The notes beneath the pieces are model-generated. The model saw only the letters and a list, made by a program, of their open reading frames with translations, had not been told where the DNA came from and did no database searches. Shown here piece after piece: positions 1 through 9,754 of a stretch of DNA of 64,000 bases; positions within the stretch are counted from its first letter, which is position 1, and the number at the start of each line of letters is the position of its first letter. Position numbers and translations under genes: made by a program. This stretch comes from Candidatus Eiseniibacteriota bacterium (lineage in GTDB: Bacteria; ARS69), in the NCBI GenBank assembly GCA_052390515.1, contig JBQTGV010000068.1, positions 16,760 to 80,759 of the forward strand, given 5' to 3'.

Positions 1-2175
1 ATCTCGCGGAACCTGTCGAGCGGGAGCGTCCAGGTCACCGACTCGGGCGGCCGCGACGTCACCGCCGAGTTCCGTGACGCCGAGCTCTCCGTCGAAGTCG
101 GAGAACGCATCTTCGGCGTAGGCCGCGCCGCCTTCGAGGCGATGTGCGTCATCCGGCACGCAGACCTGCCTTCCACGATCGGACACACCGGGCTGCTCGC
201 GGAGCTGAGCCGGCGGGCTGCGGGCGAGGCGCCGGTCGAGGAGCCCGCGGAGGCGGCGTCGCCTGAGAACGCATCCGACCCCTTGCCCGTCGAGGCGGAC
301 TCCGGTCGGACCGCTCCCGCCGCGACCGACGACGACTTCCGCATCCTCCGCTCGGCGGCGGAGCAGATGCACTACCTGGTCTCCGGCGAGATGCCGGCGT
401 GGCCCGCCGAGGAAGGGACCCCCGCAGGACGCGCCGACGCGACGGACGTCGCGCCGCTGCACGATCCCGACGAGCCGGGCATCTCCGCCGTCGAGCGCAT
501 GCGCCGGCTGCGCCGCCACCTCGAGGTGCTCGACGGCGAGCAGGCCGCGTGCATGGCCGAGCTGCACCAGATCTCCGACCGCGCGGGCGAGATCGAGCAC
601 GAGGTGCGACGCCTTTCGTTCCTGTCGGAAGCGACGCCGGAGGACGTGGATCACCTGCGCGAGCTCATCGCGCACATCGAGGTGGCCGAGGAAGCCCGCC
701 GCGAGCACGCCGGTGCCGAGGCGGCGTTCCAACGGGAGCTCGAGGGACGCGGCGTGGGCGCGGCGCAACTGCGCGAGCTCGCCGCGACGTTCCGCGATCT
801 CTCCCCCACCGACCTGGACTTCGTCGCGCGGTACCGCGCGGAGGAGACCGTCCGCCGCGGCAACCAGGCGCTGACCCGCAGCGAGTCGCGGCTCGACGAA
901 TCGCGGATCCGGGAGATCGGCGTCGCGCAGGACCGCGCGGCGCGGACCGCCGTCGTCCCGCTGGCCGTGTCCATCGGCGGACTGCTCGCCGCCGTGGCCG
1001 CCGCGATCCTCCGCCTGCCCTCCCTCCCCGCCGGCCTGCTGCTCGCGGTCGCGGTCCTGGCCGCGACCGTCGGCGGCGTCCTGCTGTGGCGTGCGCGGCA
1101 CGTCGGCGCAACGGAACGCGTCCACATCGCGCAGAGCCAGGCGCGGAAGAAGGAGCAGATGTCCGAGCTGGAGCGCGAGGCTCACGAGTCTGCCTTCCGC
1201 CTCCACGACGTCGGCACGCGCTGCGGCATCGACGAAGCGAACGCGCTGCTCGACCGCTACGAGGAGTGGACGGCCCGTGCGGAGGATCTCGCCGTGCTCG
1301 ACCGCTTCGCGCGGGAGGGTGACGAGCTGGACCACGCCGCGGCCGCGCTCCGAGAGGACCTGGGCCGCTTCGCCGCGGCCCGCTCCCGCGGGGAGGGCAC
1401 GGATCCGGTGCTGGTCGATCCGGAGGCAGTGCACGCCGAGTACGCGCGCTCCATCGAGCTCCGCGACTCGCTCGCGCAGTGCGAGCGCGACTCGGCCGAG
1501 AAGGAGCAGCGACTGATCGAGCTCGAGTCCGGGCGCGCCGCGATCCGCGGGACGATCGAGTCGTTGCTCTCCGATGTCGGGGTGAACCCGCAGCGTGACG
1601 TGGACCAGGCGCTCGAGGCGGTGGGCGAACCCGATCCCGCGGCCGAGGCCGAGGCCGAGGCCCGTGCTTCGGCGTGGACACCTGCGCTCTCCGCCCGTGC
1701 CGAGGCGATCCTCCGGCGCCTGCTGCCCGAGGCTCGCGACGTCGAGGTGAACCATCGCCTCGTTCTCAAGCTCCGGCTCGAGCCCGGCGGCCCGCTGATG
1801 GATCCGCAGGAGCTCGCCGCTTCGCGTTCGGAGTCGGCTCTGGAGCAGGTTTGCCTCGCGCTTCGCCTCGCGATCGTGGAAACTCTCGGCTCGGCCGGAG
1901 AGACCGTCCCGCTCATCCTGGACGATCCCCTCGTTCGAGCCGACGACGCGCGGCACGACCGCTTCCTGGAGTTCCTCGTCGAGGACGCGTCGACCCGGGT
2001 CCAGGCCGTGCTGATGACCGCCCACGAGGTGAGGGCGAAGTGGTTCCTGCACCAGCATCCGGGAGCGAAGGAGCGCGTCGTCGCGCTCGTGGACTCGCGG
2101 GTGACCGGGAAGAGGCCCGCCTCTTCCGGCGCGGTGCCTTCGCCCGCCGCCTCGGTGTCGCAGCCGGCATCCTGA
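1..2175 (+). CDS. YhaN/SbcC-like AAA (SMC/RecF-type) ATPase with coiled coil and two internal TM helices; 5' end lies outside the window
   Basis: Frame +1 is open from base 1 (ISRNLSSG...GERIFGVGRAAFEAMCVIRHADL). Long Glu/Arg/Ala coiled-coil. Two hydrophobic helices (VVPLAVSIGGLLAAVAAAIL, LLLAVAVLAATVGGVLLW). C-terminal Walker-B/D-loop-like PLILDDPLVRADDARHDRFLEFL. The Walker A motif must be upstream of the window. Confidence 0.75.
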   Translation: MSRNLSSGSVQVTDSGGRDVTAEFRDAELSVEVGERIFGVGRAAFEAMCVIRHADLPSTIGHTGLLAELSRRAAGEAPVEEPAEAASPENASDPLPVEADSGRTAPAATDDDFRILRSAAEQMHYLVSGEMPAWPAEEGTPAGRADATDVAPLHDPDEPGISAVERMRRLRRHLEVLDGEQAACMAELHQISDRAGEIEHEVRRLSFLSEATPEDVDHLRELIAHIEVAEEARREHAGAEAAFQRELEGRGVGAAQLRELAATFRDLSPTDLDFVARYRAEETVRRGNQALTRSESRLDESRIREIGVAQDRAARTAVVPLAVSIGGLLAAVAAAILRLPSLPAGLLLAVAVLAATVGGVLLWRARHVGATERVHIAQSQARKKEQMSELEREAHESAFRLHDVGTRCGIDEANALLDRYEEWTARAEDLAVLDRFAREGDELDHAAAALREDLGRFAAARSRGEGTDPVLVDPEAVHAEYARSIELRDSLAQCERDSAEKEQRLIELESGRAAIRGTIESLLSDVGVNPQRDVDQALEAVGEPDPAAEAEAEARASAWTPALSARAEAILRRLLPEARDVEVNHRLVLKLRLEPGGPLMDPQELAASRSESALEQVCLALRLAIVETLGSAGETVPLILDDPLVRADDARHDRFLEFLVEDASTRVQAVLMTAHEVRAKWFLHQHPGAKERVVALVDSRVTGKRPASSGAVPSPAASVSQPAS

Positions 2176-2294
2176 TCCTCGGCGGGAACTCCGCCGCCGA
2201 CGCACCACCCCAGCCCATCACCTGGAGCCGCGCCTTCGTGGTCGGCACGGTCGCGCGCACGGCGGCCGGCACCGAGCCGATCACCTTGCACACC

Positions 2295-3410
2295 ATGCAG
2301 CCGGTCGAGGTGCACCTCGTGGTGGAGGGCGAGCGCGAAGGCCTTCCGGTGTACTGCACCTTCGCGGAACGCTTCCGGATGGGGCGCCGCGCCGTCGCCG
2401 AGCGCCTCGTCGTGTCCCCGCAGGATGCGGGCCTCCAGGACGCGAAGATCGCCTGGCTCGAGCTCCGCCCCGGCCCGGACGGGCGCGGGTGGATCCGCAA
2501 CCGGCTGCCCTCGGGCGAGAACCAGTGGACGCTGCCGGTCCTCGAGCTTCCGGGAGAGGATCGCCCCGAGGAAGAGAGGGCGTACGGGACGGCGCGCTTC
2601 GCGGCGGCCGTCGAGATCCCGGGAGCCTCCCCGCTCGTCCTCGGCACTCCGGGATGGAAGGAGACCGGCGCCGACCTCGACCCGGAGAGCGCGCCCGGGT
2701 TCCGAGTGACGCGCGCCGGCAGCCCCACGCTCGCCGAGGCCGCGCTCGGGCTGGCCAGGCTGCCGGTGCGCCCCGATGCGCTCGAGGCCCACTACCGCGC
2801 GTGGATTGCCGTCCGGCCCGCCGATGTCGTGCTCGGTGCCTACGAGCAGCTCGCCGGCGGATCTCTGCCGGGCGATCGGACTGCGCCGCTCGACGGCCCC
2901 GGATGGGAATGGCTCTTCCGGCGCGTGGCGGATCCGGTGCGCCGCCGCAAGGCACCCGGTGCCCCGGTGGTCGGACCCTCGGCGCGCGGCGTGGCGTGGG
3001 GACGGGCGGACTCGGCGCGCGTCGCGCGCGGCGATGCGCTGATCTTCGCCGACGGGCATGTCGCGATTCTCGCGGAGGACGACGGCGACGGCTGGCTCGA
3101 CGAGGACGACGAGGTCGTCCACGACGCGAAGGGCGAGGTGCGCCGCGGATTCCTGAGCGAGACCCCCGGCCGCGACTTCGCCATCCTCCGGGTCCGGGAC
3201 TTCCTCGCGCTCCGTGGCAAGCTCGCCGAGGCGGGGTACACGAGCGCCCAGCAGTCCTACTACGGGCCCGAGGTGCAGCGCGCCTGCCGCGAGTTCCAGA
3301 TCGATCAGGGACTCGACAGCACCGGGGTTCCGGATCCGGCGACGGTCGCCGCCCTCGACGAGTTCCTGGCGCGGCTGCGCTCCACGGACACCGGCGCCTC
3401 CACCCCGTGA
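2295..3410 (+). CDS. Peptidoglycan-binding (PG_binding_1-like) domain protein; start uncertain
   Basis: C-terminus LRGKLAEAGYTSAQQSYYGPEVQRACREFQIDQGLDSTGVPDPATVAALDEF is a typical PG-binding repeat. The first ATG is at 2295. The same frame upstream reads RRGAFARRLGVAAGILILGGNSAADA (Tat/Sec-like), but the only in-frame start there is GTG 2040, which lies inside the upstream gene. Confidence 0.6.
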   Translation: MQPVEVHLVVEGEREGLPVYCTFAERFRMGRRAVAERLVVSPQDAGLQDAKIAWLELRPGPDGRGWIRNRLPSGENQWTLPVLELPGEDRPEEERAYGTARFAAAVEIPGASPLVLGTPGWKETGADLDPESAPGFRVTRAGSPTLAEAALGLARLPVRPDALEAHYRAWIAVRPADVVLGAYEQLAGGSLPGDRTAPLDGPGWEWLFRRVADPVRRRKAPGAPVVGPSARGVAWGRADSARVARGDALIFADGHVAILAEDDGDGWLDEDDEVVHDAKGEVRRGFLSETPGRDFAILRVRDFLALRGKLAEAGYTSAQQSYYGPEVQRACREFQIDQGLDSTGVPDPATVAALDEFLARLRSTDTGASTP

Positions 3411-6373
3411 GGACGGTCGCGGCACCCGACCACGCGGCGCTGCGCGTGGCTCTGGCTTTCGAGATCCGCGACGCGCGGGCGAGCGACCCGCTGCTCCCGA
3501 TCACCGTGGTGTGCCCGTCGGATCCGGCGCGTGAGGAGACCCGCCGGGATCTCGCTCGGCGGCTCGGAGCGCTGCTCGGCGTGCGCGTTCTCGGCTGGAG
3601 CGAGTGGACCGCGGCGCGGGCCGCGCCCGGGCTCCTCGCGGGAGGAATGCGCCGGCTGCCCGAGCCCGGGTTCGAGCGGCTCGTCGCGCGGATCCTCGCG
3701 GGCGAGCGCTCGGGGCCGCTGGCGGCGGCTACAGGAGGCGCGGGCCTCGCGCGCGCCGTCTCCGCGACGATCTCGGATCTCGTGGAGGGCGGATGGACGG
3801 GCGAGGCGCTCCTCGGCGCCGTTCGCCCGAGCGATCCGGTGCGCGCGGCGCTCGCCCGCGTGCTCTCCGCTGTGGAGCGCGCATGGCGCGAGGAAGCACT
3901 CGCCGACCGGCGTCGCGAAGAGGCGATGGCCGCGACGGCTCTCGCCCGCGACGCGCCGGCGGGACGCCGGACCGAACCGACGGTCTTCTTCGGCTTCCAC
4001 GACCTGACCGCCCGGCAGCGCTCGGTGGTCCTGGCCGCCGCCGCGGGTGGGCCGGTGACGCTGCTCGTGCCCGGGCCCGGAGGGGCCTTCGGTGCCGCCG
4101 CCGAACCGCTCGTCAGCTGGGCGCGGGACCGCGGCGAAGCGCCGGTCTTCGCGCAGGCATCCGCGGGGCCTCGGCTACAGCTCCGGGAGAGCGAGCTCGG
4201 CGGGACGGAACTCGCCGATCCGGGCCCGGAGCGGCTCGAGCTCGAGACGCACGCCGCGGAGGAGGACGAGGTCCGCGCCGTGGCCCGGCGCATCCGACGA
4301 GAGGTTCGCGAGGCGAAGCGCTCGTTCGACGACTTCCTCGTCGTGGTTCCGGCGGCCGGCCCTTCCCCGCTCCTCTTCCGCCGCCGCTTCGCCAAGGCGG
4401 GAATCCCGCTGGCCGATCTCGCCGGCGTGCCGGCGACGCGCACCGAAGCCGGTCGGCGCGCCCTGCTGCTGGCACGCGCGCTCTCGGCTCGCCGGAGGGA
4501 TCGGGAGCGCGAGGCGCTCGAGTTCCTGGAGCGCGTCGAGCGCGAGACGGACGCAGCGGCCGACGTCCTGGACGACCCCTTCGCGCGCTTCGCCGGCGCG
4601 CGCGACTGGCGCGAGGCGGTCGAGCGCTTCCGGGAGACTTTCGCGGAGAGGTTCGGAGCGCAGCCGGCGCCCGAGGTCGAGTCCGCGCTCGCGGCGATCG
4701 CCCTGGTGATGGAAGGTCGGCCCAGCCGGCCCCGCGACTTCGCCGGCATGCTCGCCGCCGCGCTTTCGGCCGTGCGCCAGCGCGCCGAGCCCGACGAGGA
4801 AGGAGCGCGCGTCCTGCTCGCACGGATCGACCAGGTTCGCGGGCTGTCGCGCCCGTTCGTCTTCCACACCGGCCTGGCCGAGGACGCGCTGGCGAGAGCG
4901 GCGCGCGAGGATCCGCTGCTCCCGGATCCGACGCGGGAGGAGCTCAACAACCTGTCCGAGCACGAAGGCCTGCGTCTCGGCGTCCGCGAGGGCGCGCGCG
5001 AGGAGCTGCGCCTGCTCGCTCGCTTCGCGTTCGAATCCTCGACCGAGCGCGCCGTGCTGTCCTGGTCGCGGAGGCAGCGAACGGGCTCCGACGCGCGGAA
5101 TCCAGCGGGCCTCTTCCTCGACCTCGCCTCGGTGCGCGTCGGCCGGCCGCTCGATCCGGAGAGCGCCGAGTTCGCGCGCGTGGCGCCTGCCCCGCCCTGC
5201 AACGATCCCGCCGACCGGTTCGACGCGGATCTCGCCATGCTCTCCGGCGAAGAGCCCGCGGGAGAGGCCGATCTCTCGCGATGGATCGCCGAGCCGCGCG
5301 CGGAACGCCTCGTCGAGGCGCTGCGCGCCACCGAAGGGCGGTGGCGGCTCGGCGTGCTGACGCGCTACGACGGCGTGCTTCGTGACCCGCGAGCGCTCCG
5401 CGCCGTGCGCGCACGGATCCCCTCGGAGCGCCGGGGCTGGAGTCCGACCGGGATCGAGGCGGCCGCGAACTGCCCGTTCCAGTTCCTCGTGGAGCGCGTG
5501 CTCGAGCTCCGGCCACCCGAGGACGCCGAGGACGACTTCGATCCGGCCGCGCGCGGCGCGATGTTCCACGAGATCCTGGAGATCCTCTACGTCCGCTTCC
5601 ACCGCGACGGCATCCTGCCGCTCGTCCCCGAGCACGTGGCCGGTTGCCTGCGCATGCTCGACGACCTGGTCGCGCGGCATCGGGACGCACTGCGCCGCGA
5701 GCCGCCCGCCCGCCGGATGCAGCGCGCCGCGACGCTCGCCGTGCTGCGCGACGACATCGCCGTGGTGCTGGCCACCGACGCCCACCGGCCGCCGGAGGAA
5801 CGCGCCGTCCCGTTCCGCTTCGAGCTCGGCTTCGGCATGGACGAGGGCGCCGCGGCGCCGGAGCTCGATCTCGGCGGCGGCGAGAAGGTCCGCGTGCGCG
5901 GCAAGGTGGACCGCGTGGACCTTCGCGCCGACGGCCGTCTGGAGATCGTGGACTGGAAGACCGGAGTGCCCCTGCTCGGCACCGGGCGGATCACCCGGTC
6001 GGAGGGCGGCCGCTCGACCGTCCACGTGCAGCTGCCGGTGTACATCGACGCGGTGGAGCAGACGCTGGGCAAGCCGGTCGCGCGGGCCTGCTTCTTCCAC
6101 GCGACGGCCGAGCACGACTTCGAACGCATCGAGCTCACCCGCGAGGACCTCGAGGCCGTTCGCCCGAAGCTCTCCAAGCTCGTGCGCGAGGTCCTCGAGC
6201 GCACCGCGTCGGGATGGTACCCGGCGATCCCCGGCGAGGCGTGCTGCCGCCGCACGCTGGCGATGGCCTGCGGTCCGCAGCCCTTCGCCCGGTTCCTGAA
6301 CAAGGTCGGTGACCCGGACCTGGCCAGGCGCATCGCGCTGCTGTCCGAGCCGGACCGCGAGGCACCTCGATGA
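3407..6373 (+). CDS. addB: AddB-like subunit of AddAB helicase-nuclease (PD-(D/E)XK nuclease, Cys-rich C-terminus)
   Basis: GTG 3407 overlaps the upstream stop (GTGA). C-terminal nuclease motifs: AANCPFQFLVERVL, GAMFHEILE, RGKVDRVDLRADGRLEIVDWKTG, VQLPVYIDAVEQ, and the Cys cluster ACCRRTLAMACG. No Walker A is visible at the N-terminus. It sits immediately upstream of addA with an ATGA overlap. Confidence 0.8.
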   Translation: MRTVAAPDHAALRVALAFEIRDARASDPLLPITVVCPSDPAREETRRDLARRLGALLGVRVLGWSEWTAARAAPGLLAGGMRRLPEPGFERLVARILAGERSGPLAAATGGAGLARAVSATISDLVEGGWTGEALLGAVRPSDPVRAALARVLSAVERAWREEALADRRREEAMAATALARDAPAGRRTEPTVFFGFHDLTARQRSVVLAAAAGGPVTLLVPGPGGAFGAAAEPLVSWARDRGEAPVFAQASAGPRLQLRESELGGTELADPGPERLELETHAAEEDEVRAVARRIRREVREAKRSFDDFLVVVPAAGPSPLLFRRRFAKAGIPLADLAGVPATRTEAGRRALLLARALSARRRDREREALEFLERVERETDAAADVLDDPFARFAGARDWREAVERFRETFAERFGAQPAPEVESALAAIALVMEGRPSRPRDFAGMLAAALSAVRQRAEPDEEGARVLLARIDQVRGLSRPFVFHTGLAEDALARAAREDPLLPDPTREELNNLSEHEGLRLGVREGAREELRLLARFAFESSTERAVLSWSRRQRTGSDARNPAGLFLDLASVRVGRPLDPESAEFARVAPAPPCNDPADRFDADLAMLSGEEPAGEADLSRWIAEPRAERLVEALRATEGRWRLGVLTRYDGVLRDPRALRAVRARIPSERRGWSPTGIEAAANCPFQFLVERVLELRPPEDAEDDFDPAARGAMFHEILEILYVRFHRDGILPLVPEHVAGCLRMLDDLVARHRDALRREPPARRMQRAATLAVLRDDIAVVLATDAHRPPEERAVPFRFELGFGMDEGAAAPELDLGGGEKVRVRGKVDRVDLRADGRLEIVDWKTGVPLLGTGRITRSEGGRSTVHVQLPVYIDAVEQTLGKPVARACFFHATAEHDFERIELTREDLEAVRPKLSKLVREVLERTASGWYPAIPGEACCRRTLAMACGPQPFARFLNKVGDPDLARRIALLSEPDREAPR

Positions 6374-9300
6374 GGCCCCCCGACCAGGACGTCCGCGACC
6401 GCATCGTGAGCGCCCGCGGCGTGACGCTGGCGGTCGAGGCCGGCGCGGGAACGGGCAAGACGCGCCTGCTGGTCGATCGTGTGCTCAGCCGGCTCCGTGA
6501 CGGCGTTCCGCTGCCGCGGCTGGCGGTGATCACGTTCACGAAGAAGGCCGCCGCGGAGCTCGTCGCCAGGATCCGCTCCGACCTGGCCGAGCGGCGCGCG
6601 GAACCGTGGGCCCGTTCGGCGCTGTCGACCTTCGACCTGGCGGAGATCGGCACGACGGACTCCTTCTGCTGGTCGCTGCTCTCCCGGCACCCGCTGGAAG
6701 CGGGCGTGCCCCCGGGCTTCGGCGTGGCCGACGAGATCGCCGCCGAAGCGCTGCGCGACGTCGCCTGGTCCCGCTTCCTGGACGGCCAGGGCGCCGAGGG
6801 CGGACGCTCCCTGGCCGCCCTGCGACGCTCCGGCGTCAAGGTCGGGGCGCTTCGCTCCCTGCTGGAGGCCCTGGTGTCGGAGCGCGACCTGGACGTCGCG
6901 GCGATCGAGACGCACACGGTTCCGGAGCTCGCGCCGGAGTTCAGCCGTGCGCTGGATGCCGCGCTCGCCCTCGCCGGGCTCTGCCGCGACCCGCGCGACC
7001 GGTTGTGGCTCCGCGTCCGCGAGCTCGAGCGGGAGCGGGACGCGGCCTCCCTCCTCGACCGAGCGGCGGCGGAGCGGCTCCTCGCCCGCCGCAAGGCGGC
7101 CGGAGCGCGCTACGGCTCACGCCGCGACGGCCGCGCGGAGGCGTGGGGCGGGAAGCACGGCAAGGCGAAGGTCGTGGCCGCCCTCGAGCAGGTCGACGAG
7201 GCGGTGGACCGCTGGTTCCGCGCCCGCGGGCTCGCGCTCGCCGCCGAGACCGTCGATCTGGCGAAGGCCTACGGCCGCGAGTACGCGCGGGTGAAGCTGG
7301 AGCGTGGCCTGCTCGACTTCCGCGATCTGGCGCTCGTCACCCGCAACCTGCTGCGGGATCGCGCCGATGTCCGCCGCCGCGTCGCCGCGCGCTTCGACGA
7401 GGTGTTCCTGGACGAGGTGCAGGACACCGATCCGCTGCAGATGGAGATCGCCTTCCTGCTCGCCGCCGCGGGCGAAGGTCGTATCACCGATCCGCTCGCC
7501 GCCGAGCTCGTGCCCGGGCGGCTCTTCCTGGTCGGCGATCCGAAGCAAAGCATCTATCGCTTCCGCCGGGCTGACATCGAGCTGTACGAGCGCGCGGTGA
7601 GCGGTGTCGCCGCGCGCGGCGAGACCCCCAGGATCCGCGCGAACTTCCGCTCGCGACCGGAGATCCTGGACTTCACCAACCGCGTGTTCCGCGGATGGAT
7701 GGAGCCGCCGGAGGACGGCACGCGCTGGCAGGTGCGCTATGAGGAGCTGGAGGCGGCGGTACCGGGTGCGCCGGACGCGAACCGCGTCCGACTCCTGCTT
7801 CCCGATGCCCGCGTCCGCGCGGCGATCCTGGAGCGCGCCGGCCGCGATTCGCTCCGTGCCGAGGATGTTCGCGAGCTGGAGCTGGACTCCGTGGTGCGGC
7901 TCGTCCGCCGCGTGGTCGGGGCGGACGGCGAGCCGGCCTGGATCGTGCGCGACCCGCGGAGCAGAGCCGAGCGGCCCGCCCGTGCGCGGGACGTCGCCGT
8001 GCTGGTGCGCAAGATCGACTGGGGGGAGCGCCTGCTCGACGCGCTGCGGCACGCAGGCGTCGGCGCCACGACGTCCGGCGGGCGGCGCTACTGGGAGCGC
8101 GAGGAGATCCAGTCGCTGCTCGCCGTGCTGGAGGCGGTCGTCGATCCCGAGAATCGCCTCGCGCACTTCGCCGCACTACGCTCCCTCGCCTTCGGCCTGC
8201 CCGACGACGCGCTCGTGCTGCACGTGCTCGATCCGCAGGAGGGGACGCCGGCGGCGAGCTGCGACGACCGCCTGCGCGAGCTCACGCTCCACGCCAGGAA
8301 GGTGCCGCCTGCGGAGTTCCTCGAGCACGTGGTCGAGGAGCTCTGTCTGCTTCCGGTCTTCGGGCTTCGCCCGGACGGAGCCGGCCGCGTGGAGAGCCTG
8401 CGTATGCTGCTCGAGTCCGCGGACTCCCTCGCCGAGGCGGGGCTCGACTCGCTGCCGGATCTGGTGCGGTGGCTGCGCGAGCGGTCCGGCGAGGGAGCAG
8501 CGGAGGCCCCCGGAGAGTTCGAGCCGGGCGAAGGCGGCGGCGTGCAGATCCTGACGATGCACAAGGCGAAGGGCCTGGAGTTCCCGGTCGTGATCCTCGC
8601 CGACCTGGCGGCGGAGCCGCGCCAGGACTCGCTGCTCGTAGCCGACCGCGCCTCCGGCCTCGTCGAGTTCCGCGCATCGCGGCCGAGCGGAGTGCAGACC
8701 GCCGCCTTCGAGGAAGCCTACCGCGTCGAGAGGGACCGGCGGCGAGCGGAGGACGTGCGGCTGCTCTACGTGGCGATGACGCGTGCGCGGGACTGGCTGG
8801 TTCTCTCGTGGCCGCAGGGCTCGGGCGGCTTCCTGGAGGGTGGCGTCCTCGCCGAGCGCGTCGGCGCGCCACCCGGCGAGGCCCCGCCCGGCGGCGTTCC
8901 GTCGATGCGCGCGGAAGAGCTCGCTGCCCTTCCGGAGCGCCGTCGTCTGCTGCGGATCGATCCCGAACGGCCGCGAATCCCGGTCGAGCCTCCTCCCGAC
9001 TCCTGGCGGGAGGCACGCGCCGCCGCTGCCCGCGGCTCACGCATCGTGGCGGCGACCCGCCTGGGGAGCCGCGCGGAGCCCACGTACTCCGGCGCTCCCG
9101 GTTCCGGCGCGATCTTCGGCCGGCTCGTTCACGGGGCGCTCGAGCGCCTCGACCCGCTCGACCCGGCGCGTGCCGGGCGCGCACTCGCTCTCGCAGCCAC
9201 CGACCTGGAGCGGGCCCTCGCCCGCGAAGGGATGCGCCTCGATCCGGCGCTCGTCGGAGCGGCGGCTTCACTGCTCGAACGGATCGCCGCCGAGCCTGCG

Positions 9301-9684
9301 GTCCTCGCGGTGTGGAACGCGCCCCGGCTGTTGCGCGAGGTTCCGTTCCTGATCCCCCGCGGTGACGACTTCCTTTCCGGCACCTTCGACGCCCTGCTCG
9401 AGGAGCTGGACGGCGCGCTCACCCTCGTGGACTGGAAGACGGAGCGCATCGGCGACGAGCCGGGCGAATCGGCGAAGGAGCGACACCGGGATCAGGCCGC
9501 GCTCTACGCCTGGGCGGCCGTCGAGTCGACCGGGCGGCCGGTGCGCGAGGTTCGCATCGTCTTCCTCGCTTCCGATCCCGTCCGAACCGGCTCGTTCGCG
9601 GTCGGGCCCGAGCTGCTGGACGGCGCACGGCGCCTTCTCGGCGCCTCCGGGTGGAGCGGCGACCCCGTGCCCGGCTGGCGGTAG
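6370..9684 (+). CDS. addA: AddA/UvrD-family ATP-dependent helicase with C-terminal PD-(D/E)XK nuclease
   Basis: Walker A AGAGTGKTRLLVDRV. UvrD motifs: FDEVFLDEVQDTDPLQ, LFLVGDPKQSIYRFRRAD, ILTMHKAKGLEFPVVIL, RLLYVAMTRARDWLVLS. Nuclease tail GTFDALLEELDGALTLVDWKT ... DQAALYAWA. Confidence 0.9.
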   Translation: MRPPDQDVRDRIVSARGVTLAVEAGAGTGKTRLLVDRVLSRLRDGVPLPRLAVITFTKKAAAELVARIRSDLAERRAEPWARSALSTFDLAEIGTTDSFCWSLLSRHPLEAGVPPGFGVADEIAAEALRDVAWSRFLDGQGAEGGRSLAALRRSGVKVGALRSLLEALVSERDLDVAAIETHTVPELAPEFSRALDAALALAGLCRDPRDRLWLRVRELERERDAASLLDRAAAERLLARRKAAGARYGSRRDGRAEAWGGKHGKAKVVAALEQVDEAVDRWFRARGLALAAETVDLAKAYGREYARVKLERGLLDFRDLALVTRNLLRDRADVRRRVAARFDEVFLDEVQDTDPLQMEIAFLLAAAGEGRITDPLAAELVPGRLFLVGDPKQSIYRFRRADIELYERAVSGVAARGETPRIRANFRSRPEILDFTNRVFRGWMEPPEDGTRWQVRYEELEAAVPGAPDANRVRLLLPDARVRAAILERAGRDSLRAEDVRELELDSVVRLVRRVVGADGEPAWIVRDPRSRAERPARARDVAVLVRKIDWGERLLDALRHAGVGATTSGGRRYWEREEIQSLLAVLEAVVDPENRLAHFAALRSLAFGLPDDALVLHVLDPQEGTPAASCDDRLRELTLHARKVPPAEFLEHVVEELCLLPVFGLRPDGAGRVESLRMLLESADSLAEAGLDSLPDLVRWLRERSGEGAAEAPGEFEPGEGGGVQILTMHKAKGLEFPVVILADLAAEPRQDSLLVADRASGLVEFRASRPSGVQTAAFEEAYRVERDRRRAEDVRLLYVAMTRARDWLVLSWPQGSGGFLEGGVLAERVGAPPGEAPPGGVPSMRAEELAALPERRRLLRIDPERPRIPVEPPPDSWREARAAAARGSRIVAATRLGSRAEPTYSGAPGSGAIFGRLVHGALERLDPLDPARAGRALALAATDLERALAREGMRLDPALVGAAASLLERIAAEPAVLAVWNAPRLLREVPFLIPRGDDFLSGTFDALLEELDGALTLVDWKTERIGDEPGESAKERHRDQAALYAWAAVESTGRPVREVRIVFLASDPVRTGSFAVGPELLDGARRLLGASGWSGDPVPGWR

Positions 9685-9719
9685 CGTCCCCCGATGGCAC
9701 CATGGAGGCGGACAACCCC

Positions 9720-9747
9720 TTGACGCCGGACCACCAGGGCTTATATT
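9720..9747 (+). promoter_or_regulatory. Sigma-70-type promoter TTGACG-16 nt-TATATT directly in front of arsR (leaderless geometry)
   Basis: TTGACG at 9720-9725 and TATATT at 9742-9747. The arsR ATG at 9755 lies 7 nt after the -10 element, and there is no Shine-Dalgarno sequence. This is a local AT-rich pocket in a GC-rich genome. Confidence 0.55.
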
Positions 9748-9754
9748 TCGATCT

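Noticed and set aside
2281-5331. Very long alternative-frame or antisense ORFs. Examples: 2281-5331 (-, 1016 aa), 24533-29605 (+, 1690 aa), 26301-29696 (-, 1131 aa), 10689-13394 (-, 901 aa), 31620-34169 (-, 849 aa), and the N-terminal extensions of 2489-6373, 12922-15999 and 48034-49860.
   Set aside because: Their translations are monotonous Arg/Pro/Gly/Ala/Ser strings without motifs. They mirror genes with clear family signatures on the other frame or strand. Such open frames are expected in ~70% GC DNA, where stop codons are rare.
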